A DNA stretch of 61,747 nt, filler included. It is 7 parts of 7 records of this genome, joined end to end, with 100 filler letters (N's around TTAATTAATTAA, not from the genome) between each part and the next. Parts side by side here need not be neighbours in the genome. Positions count along the whole stretch, not along the records: positions 15,300 to 21,203 come from SRR31147125_8182; positions 21,304 to 27,208 come from SRR31147125_8185; positions 27,309 to 33,612 come from SRR31147125_8201; 4 more parts are not named here. One strand, 5' to 3'. Shown in pieces: positions 20,380 to 29,372 of the stretch; position 1 is the stretch's first letter, and the number at the start of each line of letters is the position of its first letter. Made by a program: the position numbers and the translations under genes. The notes under the pieces are model-generated. The model did no database searches, was not told the origin of the DNA, and was given only the letters and a program-made list of their open reading frames with translations.

Positions 20380-20402
20380 ATGTACTTTGTTGTACACAGT
20401 TT

Positions 20403-21032
20403 TTATTTTTTCTTCATAATTTTTAGGTGTGGAAGTTTTTTAATTGTTCTTTCTAAAACTTCAGAATCTAATTCTTCTCCAATTTCGGATTCAGCAACTA
20501 CTTCTCTGTAAGATTCTAAATTACCTTTTACAAAATCCTTTTCCATTTGAAGGACATTTTTTTCTAATTTTTCTTGTACCTGCAAAAGAGAAAGCATTAT
20601 TGTGATTTCTTCCGAAAGTTTGAAAAACAAAAATTTGTATTTATCATCTGCATCCTTTTTGTCTTCAAGGTCATACCATTTTTCTAGTTGATTTTTAATT
20701 TGTGTCCCATTTTTGGCAACTTCAAACAATCTTTCAAAAGAGTCCACTGTTTGTACGTGAGCAAACTTATTTCTAATATTCATTAAGCATGTCAACTTTT
20801 TTGCCATTTCAGATTCAAGTCCTTTTATGTCTTGAATAATTTGAACCTTCTGACTAAAAGAAAGTGCGGTTGAATCAAAACCAAAGGATTTTGAAGTTTC
20901 GTAATTAACTCCCAATAAACTCCCAATCGCTTCAGATATTAAAGTTTCAATATGCAATGTATGTTCGATTATATAAAGCCTTATGTTATCTGTTTTTGAT
21001 AACACTTGAATATCTGTTTTTTCTTTTTTCAT
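20403..21032 (-). CDS. Hypothetical helical protein with HEPN/MtlR-like Rx4H motif
   Basis: LSFSQKV...NIRNKFAH pattern; flanked by perfect 10-bp inverted repeats. Confidence 0.6.
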   Translation of the reverse strand: MKKEKTDIQVLSKTDNIRLYIIEHTLHIETLISEAIGSLLGVNYETSKSFGFDSTALSFSQKVQIIQDIKGLESEMAKKLTCLMNIRNKFAHVQTVDSFERLFEVAKNGTQIKNQLEKWYDLEDKKDADDKYKFLFFKLSEEITIMLSLLQVQEKLEKNVLQMEKDFVKGNLESYREVVAESEIGEELDSEVLERTIKKLPHLKIMKKK

Positions 21033-21203
21033 TTTTAATTTTCAAATTGTGTACAACGGTTGTATAACAACACCTTTATTCCTCTTAATTTTCCAGACAC
21101 ATTTTACTATAGGTGTCATTACATCCATTATGCGATGTAAAGTATTACTTTTTATGTATCGTTTAAAATTTATGTATTTGTAAAAAGGAGTCATTATGTT
21201 TTG

Positions 21204-21303
21204 NNNNNNNNNNNNNNNNNNNNNNNNNNNNNNNNNNNNNNNNNNNNTTAATTAATTAANNNNNNNNNNNNNNNNNNNNNNNNNNNNNNNNNNNNNNNNN
21301 NNN
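21204..21303. other. Artificial contig linker
   Basis: N44-TTAATTAATTAA-N44. Confidence 0.98.
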
Positions 21304-21752
21304 AGTGTTGAGATATACGTAAAAAACCTAACTCCCACATCCTGGATATCAAAAACCATAATATCGATATCTTTTAGGTCCTCGCTCTTTGGCTTATAAT
21401 TATTACCATAAATAGAGATTATAGGCACACCTGTTTTTGAATCAACAGAATCATCTACTGTTTCCCCGGCTTCAGCTTCACCACGAAAACCATGTTCCGG
21501 AGCAAACACTTTTTTTATGTTCAATTCAAACGACAGAAGAGTATCAACAAGGTGAGTGGAATATACAATAGATGTTTGGTTAGAAACAATGCCTACAGAT
21601 TTATTTTCCAGCAAACCCAGGTATTTGTCAAACCGCTGCGCACCAACAAGAATTTCTTTGTTTTCGACTTCCTTTTCATTACTGGTTTGATTTGAACATG
21701 AATAAAGGCTTAGAAAATAAAATAGTAGTAGTGATATCAATATGCTTCTCAT
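21304..21752 (-). CDS. DUF1343/NamZ-family exo-beta-N-acetylmuramidase lipoprotein (N-terminal part)
   Basis: NQTS, FAPEHGFRG, FDIQDVGVRFFTYIST. Confidence 0.9.
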
Positions 21753-21793
21753 CAGTTAACTTTCTAAAATTGTCTTACTTTTGCTAAAAATAC

Positions 21794-23042
21794 TTGGCGT
21801 TGAACACAGAGTTATTTATTGCACGTAAAATACTTTTTGACAAAGAAAACAAAAAAAGAGTTTCGAGACCTATTATTTCCATTGCCATTATTGGAATTGC
21901 ATTGAGCCTTACAGTAATGTTAATATCAATAATGGTTGTTACAGGTTTTAAAAATGAAATCACCCGGAAAATTATTGGATTTGGCTCGCACATTCAGGTT
22001 GTAAACTACGATTCTAATAATTCGTACGAAACATCGCCTATTGAAAAAAATCAGGAATTTCTGAACAATATAAAAAATAATGATGATGTAAAACACATAC
22101 AAGTCTACGCGACAAAACCAGGTATTATCAAAACCAAAGAAGATATTCAAGGAATTTTACTCAAAGGAATTGATGGCAACTTCGATTGGAGCTTTTTTAA
22201 TGAACATTTAATTGAAGGAGAAACGCTTAATCTCAGCGATTCGGCAACGAGTAACAATGTAATAATATCAAAGTATTTATCCTCTTTATTGAAGTTAAAT
22301 GTTGGTGATAGATTTATTACTTATTTCATACAGGATCCACCTAGACAACGGGTATTTACTGTAAAAGGAATTTACAAAACCACTCTTGAGACATTCGACC
22401 AACTTTATATTTTGGCAGATATTCAACATATTCAAAAATTAAATAATTGGAGCAGCAATCAGATTTCTGGTTTCGAAATTAACGTTGATGACTTCAAAAA
22501 CCTCGATTATTTGACCTATAAAATCCGCTCAGAAGTCGGCACAAGTATTTCCGCAGAGGGAAACCTGTTACGTGTTTCCAATATAAAAGAAAAATACCCT
22601 CATATATTCGATTGGTTAAACCTACAGGATATTAATGTTGTAGTAATTTTACTTCTTGTAATTAGTGTAGCTATAATTACAATGACATCAGGAGTAATTA
22701 TTCTAATTCTTGAAAAGACTAATTTTATTGGAATCTTTAAAGCATTAGGAGCTACAAATAACATTGTAAAAAAATATTTATATATCAATCAGGATACTTA
22801 ATTCTTAAAGGGCTTTTTGGGGAAATTTAATTGCTTTAGCCATAAGCTATATTCAAATAAAATTTGAAATCATTAAACTCGATCCTTCAACATATTATTT
22901 AGAAACAGCACCAATAAATATTAATGCCACACACATTATATTAACAAATATTGCAACACTTGCTGTTATTACCATTGCCATGATGTTGCCTGCAATAATG
23001 ATATCTAATATAAAACCCGAGCGAACAATCAGATTTGATTAG
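21794..23042 (+). CDS. ABC transporter permease, LolC/E (FtsX/MacB) family, frameshifted near the 3' end
   Basis: ISIAIIGIALS...GFKNEI; the natural C-terminus IIKLDPSTYYLETAP...IKPERTIRFD* continues in another frame to 23042 after homopolymer slips at about 22770-22820. Confidence 0.85.
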
Positions 23043-23693
23043 ATGATTGCAAATAAAAAGATAGATGAATTCAGGAAATTAATTTCATTGGCTCTTAAAG
23101 ATCCATTACCAGGTTCAGCGTCACAGCTTAAACTTTCTCCGCCATATCGAGAACAAGTTGCCCCTGGAAATGATAAGAAGGATGCAGCGGTTCTCATATT
23201 AATATATCCACGCGGCAATAGCATTTCAACTGTTTTTATTCAAAGAAATAGATATGATGGTCCTCATAGCGGTCAAATAAGTTTTCCCGGTGGCAAATTC
23301 GACAAGTCTGATCCATCAATAGAATATACTGCCATTCGTGAGACAAACGAAGAAATTGGAACGAACCTAACCACTGATGATTTAATTGGTAAGCTTACAC
23401 CTTTATACATTCCAATTAGTAAGTTTTATGTTTGGCCTTTTATTGCAATCAGTAGTCAAGAGCCAATTTTTGAAAAAGATGACCATGAGGTACATTGCAT
23501 TATTGAAATTACTCTCAAAACACTTCTATCTGAAAGTGCTATAAATTCTATGCTTTTTGAACATAAAGGTAAAAAAATTACCGTCCCGTGCTTTAAATTT
23601 TATAATAACGAAATATGGGGAGCAACAGCTATGATGCTTAATGAATTTATAGATATTTTAAAGAAAGATAAAAATATTAGTTCCTTATTATAG
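23043..23693 (+). CDS. Nudix hydrolase, CoA pyrophosphatase type
   Basis: AAVLIL, HSGQISFPGG, AIRETNEEIG, IWGATAM. Confidence 0.9.
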   Translation: MIANKKIDEFRKLISLALKDPLPGSASQLKLSPPYREQVAPGNDKKDAAVLILIYPRGNSISTVFIQRNRYDGPHSGQISFPGGKFDKSDPSIEYTAIRETNEEIGTNLTTDDLIGKLTPLYIPISKFYVWPFIAISSQEPIFEKDDHEVHCIIEITLKTLLSESAINSMLFEHKGKKITVPCFKFYNNEIWGATAMMLNEFIDILKKDKNISSLL

Positions 23694-25104
23694 ATTTGTA
23701 TCGATCATATCTTTCAAGGATATCGTAGACATAATTATAAGGCTCACGCCCCCTGCAATATCCAAACTGTACTACTGGATCCTCATAATATTCAGGATTT
23801 GATTTATTCAGCAAATAAAAATCTACATTCTCTTCCCATAAGTATGGGTTTTTATCATTCTTTTCTGCTAATCGCATAGCGTCTCTAACATGTCCATATC
23901 CAGCATTATATGATGCAAGTATAAACTTTATGCGTTCATCCTTATTTTCGATAACATCATCGAATTGATTGTTGAGCCATGCAATAAATTTAACCCCGGC
24001 ACTTATATTTTCGACGGGAGAACTGGTTGAGTCAACACCAAATTTGGCAGCAGTTCTTGGCATTAGTTGCATTAACCCATAAGCACCTGCCCATGAACGT
24101 ACATCAGGTTTAAATCTAGATTCCTGGTAAATCATAGATGCCAGTAATCGCCAGTCCCAATCTATGGTTTCACTGTAACGCTTAATATCGTCATCGAACA
24201 CAGAAATTTTACCACCATCATGTGCTAAAAATTCGCTTTCTCTGTATTTTTTTGCGTTCGAATGATTATAGTATTTTGAGTAAATAACCCTATACCTACT
24301 TGTCTTTTTAAAACTTTCGAGCCAGGTATTTACCTCTTCTAAGAGTTCTGTTTCTCCTTTTCTTACAGCCCAGGCTACATGTTGTGGAAAACTAACTGGC
24401 GTAGATACATCAAGATTTTCGTAATACGCTTGATTTAAGTTTGCTACCGCTTCATCGCCAATTGTATAATTTATTTTTCCCTCGGCAACCATTTGAATAA
24501 GCTCTTCTGTTTCTTTATTTACTTCTTCAATAAAAATGGTATCCCCAACTTCGTTTGATAAATTCTTAAGTCGGTTCGCAAAAACAGAACCTTTCTTAAC
24601 AAAAATCACTTTACCTTTTAAATCAAGTTGATTTCTTATCAGGTTTTTGTCTAGTTCAGACTTTTTCATTTCATCCCATCCTGCTGGCTTTCTTTGAACC
24701 AATACTTGCCTTGTTTCACCATATGGAATTGTAAAATCAACGAGGTTTTTACGATCTCTTGTAACGGTTAGATTTGATGCTATTAAATTAGCTTCTCCTC
24801 TTGCTATTTTTCTAAATTTCTTATCAAAATCGTTTTCTACTATTACATCTAACTTCTTTCCTGTATGATCAGCGAATTCTTGTAATAGCTCATATTGAAA
24901 GCCCATTAAATGGCCTCTGTAAATAAAATAATTTGTAGAATTAAAATCAGTAACAGCAATAATATTATCATTTTCAGGCTCTAAATCAACACTTTGTTCT
25001 TCATTCATCAGAAGAACTTGTGAAGATATCATCCTCGTATTATCTTGCTGGCAAGCAAAAATAAATAGTAGGATTAAAAATAAGTTTATGTATATTTTTT
25101 TCAT
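23677..25104 (-). CDS. mltF: Membrane-bound lytic murein transglycosylase F-like (substrate-binding domain + SLT)
   Basis: GFQYELL, DWRLLASMIYQESRF, GAYGLMQLMP, LASYNAGYGHVRDA. Confidence 0.88.
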   Translation of the reverse strand: MKKIYINLFLILLFIFACQQDNTRMISSQVLLMNEEQSVDLEPENDNIIAVTDFNSTNYFIYRGHLMGFQYELLQEFADHTGKKLDVIVENDFDKKFRKIARGEANLIASNLTVTRDRKNLVDFTIPYGETRQVLVQRKPAGWDEMKKSELDKNLIRNQLDLKGKVIFVKKGSVFANRLKNLSNEVGDTIFIEEVNKETEELIQMVAEGKINYTIGDEAVANLNQAYYENLDVSTPVSFPQHVAWAVRKGETELLEEVNTWLESFKKTSRYRVIYSKYYNHSNAKKYRESEFLAHDGGKISVFDDDIKRYSETIDWDWRLLASMIYQESRFKPDVRSWAGAYGLMQLMPRTAAKFGVDSTSSPVENISAGVKFIAWLNNQFDDVIENKDERIKFILASYNAGYGHVRDAMRLAEKNDKNPYLWEENVDFYLLNKSNPEYYEDPVVQFGYCRGREPYNYVYDILERYDRYKSIIRN

Positions 25105-25301
25105 AGTTTCTTATTAAGTTGGAAAATAGCTACACGTCTAATCGTGAATACTTTATAGGTTCTATATGAGTTTATCTGAATAATCCATTTTTATTTTAAA
25201 TCTCGAGGATTACAACAGCAAAATTACAATCTATGTTCTTTCAAAAGAAAATTTCTTGATGAATTAGAAAAAACTCATGATGAATTGAATAAGGTTACTT
25301 A

Positions 25302-27170
25302 TTAATCATAAAAATGCCAGAATAATCCAAACTTTAAATTATTCGGGTTTCTAGGGTTATTAACAAGCGAATAGTAGTTTTTCTTATCGTTAATTAATTG
25401 ATTTATATGCTCATACTTAAAATAAAACCTTACTTTTTTAATTTGTACATTTAAGAATGGTGTTACATATGGATACCCACCAATTCTTCTCTCCTTTTGT
25501 AAATAAAACTGCTCGAAAACAGGATTATACTTATATCCATAAAATCTACTTTTGTAATAAAAATCAGTTCCCAATTGAAATGCAATCTTGCCTCCAGTAA
25601 GTTTAAAATTGATAACATAATCAAGGTAAATTGAACTATGAAATATCCACTCTGGAACAGCCAAATAGTTAGTTGCATTGGTCTGTTGATATATTCCTTT
25701 ACCCAACAATTTTAACTTCCATAATTCTATTATTTTTTCAGCTTCAATCGATAAAACATTTGCCACCTTATCTGCTTGGCTTGGTAATGCATCTTCATTA
25801 AAATAAATTAAATTCGTAGTTAATCTATTGTTTACTTGCGCTTTAAACTTATGCCTCTTGCTAACAAAAGCAGCACCAATATCATTTACTTGTATTTTAT
25901 TAAATGAGTTATTCCAACTAAAATGATTCGATTCGTAATTCTTATATAAGAAATCAGGTTCAATATTTTTAAAATTGTAATAGCCAGACAATTCATAATC
26001 TAAAACACGAAATGTTATTTTTGAGTTGAAATTGATGTCGAATTGCTTATAACCTGCAAAATAATAATCTCCATTCACATTCCAGTAATAGTATTTTTTG
26101 TCTTGTCCTAAATTCCATATTAACGACAAATTTGTTGTTTGTAAAGAATTTTCAGAAACAAAACTACTATCAGTGTCTGCGGTTGTGTTAAATTGTTGTA
26201 CGTTTTCCATGTTAAGGCCAACATGCCCGAAAACAGAAAACAAGTTACTATCTGATTCGTATACCTCAAATCGTATTTGATTGGTTAGATTTTGATAGTA
26301 TGAAGTGTCAAATGTATTATCATAAAATGTTTGAGCATAATATGCGGAATCTCCAGAGCTTAAATTATCAACGAACGTTCTTTTATTCTGTTCAAAAGAA
26401 ATAGTATGTGCAAAAGCTCCTAATGATCTTTTGGTATTCTGGAGCGTATCAATTTTTATCCCTAAACGATACTTTTGAGTAATTTGAAAACTTTTATTTT
26501 TAATTTCTGATTCTGCGAATGACAAATTTGGAGAAGCCGCTACATCATCATCAATGAATAGACTGTCATCAAGACCTCCATTCTGTTCTAGAAGAAAATT
26601 AGTGATGTTTGCATTTACAAATAACTCATATTTTATTCCATCATAATGTGCGAATATTGTACCATTACCATTTGTGGTTTTTTGTCTTTCATAAAGACCT
26701 TTTCCTCCCATATGAAGAATATTAAACCCAACATTTAATGTTCCAAAATTCTGCGTATGTAAAACACTAACATTATGCTCGCTTATTTCTTTACCACCCG
26801 TATTTGTATGATAACCAATATTCGTGAATGGTTTATTCGTATTGTAATATATTTTATCTTCAGGTCTAGAGAAATATAGCCTATATGGGCTTAATAAATA
26901 AAAGTCACTTGAAAAATCACGTTTATAAAAAACATCATTAATATAAGGGGATGCAAGATTTCCTGTAAATGAATAAGAAATACCGTCTTTAAAAAGAGGA
27001 TCGGTTATATGTAGGTTATGTAACCCTGTATCTATCCGGTTTTGTACAAGATCAGAATACTTGTTTTTAAGTGAATAAGCTTCAAGAATGGTTTTAGTTG
27101 AGTCTTCTTGACTAAGAATAAGAGATAGATTACCAAAAATCCAAAAGATTATTATAAAAGATTTCTTCAT
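25302..27170 (-). CDS. Putative outer-membrane porin (Bacteroidota porin-like family)
   Basis: Signal peptide, GNLASP, YYNTNKPFT, LHTQN, IGGYP, beta-strand-rich C-terminus KFGLFWHFYD. Confidence 0.75.
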   Translation of the reverse strand: MKKSFIIIFWIFGNLSLILSQEDSTKTILEAYSLKNKYSDLVQNRIDTGLHNLHITDPLFKDGISYSFTGNLASPYINDVFYKRDFSSDFYLLSPYRLYFSRPEDKIYYNTNKPFTNIGYHTNTGGKEISEHNVSVLHTQNFGTLNVGFNILHMGGKGLYERQKTTNGNGTIFAHYDGIKYELFVNANITNFLLEQNGGLDDSLFIDDDVAASPNLSFAESEIKNKSFQITQKYRLGIKIDTLQNTKRSLGAFAHTISFEQNKRTFVDNLSSGDSAYYAQTFYDNTFDTSYYQNLTNQIRFEVYESDSNLFSVFGHVGLNMENVQQFNTTADTDSSFVSENSLQTTNLSLIWNLGQDKKYYYWNVNGDYYFAGYKQFDINFNSKITFRVLDYELSGYYNFKNIEPDFLYKNYESNHFSWNNSFNKIQVNDIGAAFVSKRHKFKAQVNNRLTTNLIYFNEDALPSQADKVANVLSIEAEKIIELWKLKLLGKGIYQQTNATNYLAVPEWIFHSSIYLDYVINFKLTGGKIAFQLGTDFYYKSRFYGYKYNPVFEQFYLQKERRIGGYPYVTPFLNVQIKKVRFYFKYEHINQLINDKKNYYSLVNNPRNPNNLKFGLFWHFYD

Positions 27171-27208
27171 TTCGTAAAAATAAAAAATCCTGTTCCAAAA
27201 TCAGGCCA

Positions 27209-27308
27209 NNNNNNNNNNNNNNNNNNNNNNNNNNNNNNNNNNNNNNNNNNNNTTAATTAATTAANNNNNNNNNNNNNNNNNNNNNNNNNNNNNNNNNNNN
27301 NNNNNNNN
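27209..27308. other. Artificial contig linker
   Basis: N44-TTAATTAATTAA-N44. Confidence 0.98.
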
Positions 27309-27616
27309 AAAAAATAATGTAATAAGGTTAATGGATTTTATGGTTATTGATTCTATTAAGGTTAAAGAGCTTAAAATAAGGTTTTGATTTGTTACATAAA
27401 ATTTGTATTGGTGATAATATTGTATGGGGGTTAGGCTCAATTCACTGTCTGAACAGGGATTGGATTTCCCCGAGTGATCAGAATAATAAATTTGATAAGA
27501 TTGTTTGTTATTAAGGAAAGAGGTTCGCGCATTTTCTCATTATTTTCAGATATCCTGTTAATCACCAAAGGTTCTGTTCGACTATAGAGCCAAACAAATA
27601 ATTAAAAAAAACGAAA

Positions 27617-28513
27617 ATGAAAAAGACTATAATAAGAAAGATACTATTCGGATTTTTGTTTCTGGGGTCGAGTCATTTTGTACCTGTTTTATACTCACAA
27701 ACGGGTGCTGCTTCTGATTTCTATCCCTTAGAGGTGGGCAATTATTGGAATTATACAAATGGTTTTTTCCCGCAAACGGAAAGAATAATTGATACCACCC
27801 GAATCAATGGGCTGTTATATTATGGTCTTGCTATGGGATCCGGTGACATTCCGGAATACTGGCTGAGAACTGAGGATGAGACCGTTTATCTGTATCATGA
27901 AAAAGACAGCACGGAATACATCTTGTTTATTTTTAATGCCGATATCGATATAAGCTGGCAATTGCCTGCCGAGTATGGCTGTTCCTTTGGCACGGAAATC
28001 ACTGTGGCGGGTGTTCATGATACAATCATCACGCCGTCGGGTGTATATACGAATACATTTCACTTTCGGCATTTTCCCCAATGCGCAGACGCAGGTACCT
28101 TTGATACATGGTTTGCCAAAGATGTTGGAAAAGTGAGGTTCATTGCCGATAATATTGCCGGTGCCATGGACAATAAATTGGTGGATTATTCAGTTTTAGC
28201 GACAAAGGTTTCCCAGGAACTGTCAGGCATTCCTAATTCATACCATTTATACCCAAATTATCCCAACCCCTTTAATCCTTCCACCACAATCCAATACGAA
28301 TTACCAATTTCGTCTCATGTAAGTCTGACTATTTACGATGTGAAGGGCTGTCATGTAAAAACTCTGGTGGATGAGATAAGGCAGGCTGGATTATATGAAA
28401 TCACGTGGAATGGAACGAATGAGTTTGAGGATCAAGTTGCCGGGGGAATCTATCTCTGTCGCATGAAAACCGAACAATTTGTACATGTGTTAAAAATGAT
28501 TTTGGTGCGCTAA
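27617..28513 (+). CDS. Secreted protein with C-terminal T9SS-type/FlgD-Ig sorting domain
   Basis: Signal peptide, FYPLEVGNYWNY, C-terminal LYPNYPNPFNPSTTIQY...WNG...GIY...KMILVR. Confidence 0.8.
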   Translation: MKKTIIRKILFGFLFLGSSHFVPVLYSQTGAASDFYPLEVGNYWNYTNGFFPQTERIIDTTRINGLLYYGLAMGSGDIPEYWLRTEDETVYLYHEKDSTEYILFIFNADIDISWQLPAEYGCSFGTEITVAGVHDTIITPSGVYTNTFHFRHFPQCADAGTFDTWFAKDVGKVRFIADNIAGAMDNKLVDYSVLATKVSQELSGIPNSYHLYPNYPNPFNPSTTIQYELPISSHVSLTIYDVKGCHVKTLVDEIRQAGLYEITWNGTNEFEDQVAGGIYLCRMKTEQFVHVLKMILVR

Positions 28514-28517
28514 AACC

Positions 28518-28550
28518 AACCTCCCGGAGGTTACGAACCTCCGGGAGGTT
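28518..28550. repeat. REP-like palindrome doublet, left
   Basis: AACCTCCCGGAGGTT-ACG-AACCTCCGGGAGGTT, a perfect 15-bp inverted repeat. Confidence 0.9.
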
Positions 28551-28579
28551 TCTGATCAAATAAACAGGGGGAATAAACT

Positions 28580-29155
28580 ATGCCACCTCGTGAAGATATC
28601 TTTTATGCTGGCCATTATTATCATGCTTTTAATCGTGGAATTAATAAAGAAAATATTTTTTTAAGTAAAAATAATTATTTCCACTGTTTAAGATTAATAA
28701 AAAAGTACTCGAAAAAGTATGATATCTCTGTAATTGCTTACTGTTTGATGCCGAATCACTACCATTTTTTATTATATCAAAATGGTGAAAAAATGATATC
28801 CCAATTTATAGGCACTTTATTTAATGCTTACGCTCAGGCATTTAATAACGAAAGACATCGTAAGGGAGCGTTGTTTGAGGGGCGATTTAAACATGTCCAT
28901 GTTGATAAAGAAGCCTATTTAATTTACCTGTGCAGGTATATCCACCGCAATCCTGTTGATGCCAATATTGTAAAACAACCTGAGGACTGGATGTTTTCCA
29001 ATTATCGGGAATGGGTAGGACAACGAAACTGAATTCTTTTTGACAAAGACTTTATGACTGAGTATTTCAAAAGTTCGCAAATCTATCGTGAATTTGTGTC
29101 AGATAATGTTGATGATGAAACAGATGATAGGTTAAAGCCCTATTATCTGGATTAA
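28580..29155 (+). pseudogene. REP-associated tyrosine transposase (Y1/HUH) with in-frame TGA at 29030-29032
   Basis: YYHAFNRG, AYCLMPNHYH (HUH), LFEGRF, YIHRNPV. The frame stays open for 40 codons after the TGA and ends at TAA 29155. Confidence 0.8.
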
Positions 29156-29173
29156 GTTATAATGACGATAATA

Positions 29174-29206
29174 AACCTTCCGGAGGTTCAAAACCTCCGG
29201 GAGGTT
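29174..29206. repeat. REP-like palindrome doublet, right
   Basis: AACCTTCCGGAGGTT-CAA-AACCTCCGGGAGGTT. Confidence 0.9.
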
Positions 29207-29372
29207 CCTGCTTATGGAAACAAATGTGCATTGATTTTCACTAAATATCTAATATATTAGTAAAAAACGTCAATATCTCCACCCGTTAGCTGCAGCTTTT
29301 CTTAACAGATTATTTTATGATCGTTTTAATTCCGGAATAAACCATAACAATATTTAAAGAGTGGAATCTTTT

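Larger units (their letters stand above)
28518..29206 (+). mobile_element. REP-flanked Y1 (RAYT/IS200-like) transposase module
   Basis: Transposase gene bracketed by two near-identical 33-bp palindromic doublets. Confidence 0.8.

Noticed and set aside
29030-29032. TGA as Gly (genetic code 25) or selenocysteine
   Set aside because: The other long ORFs on this contig have no in-frame TGA and use ordinary Gly codons; the position is not a Cys-type site.
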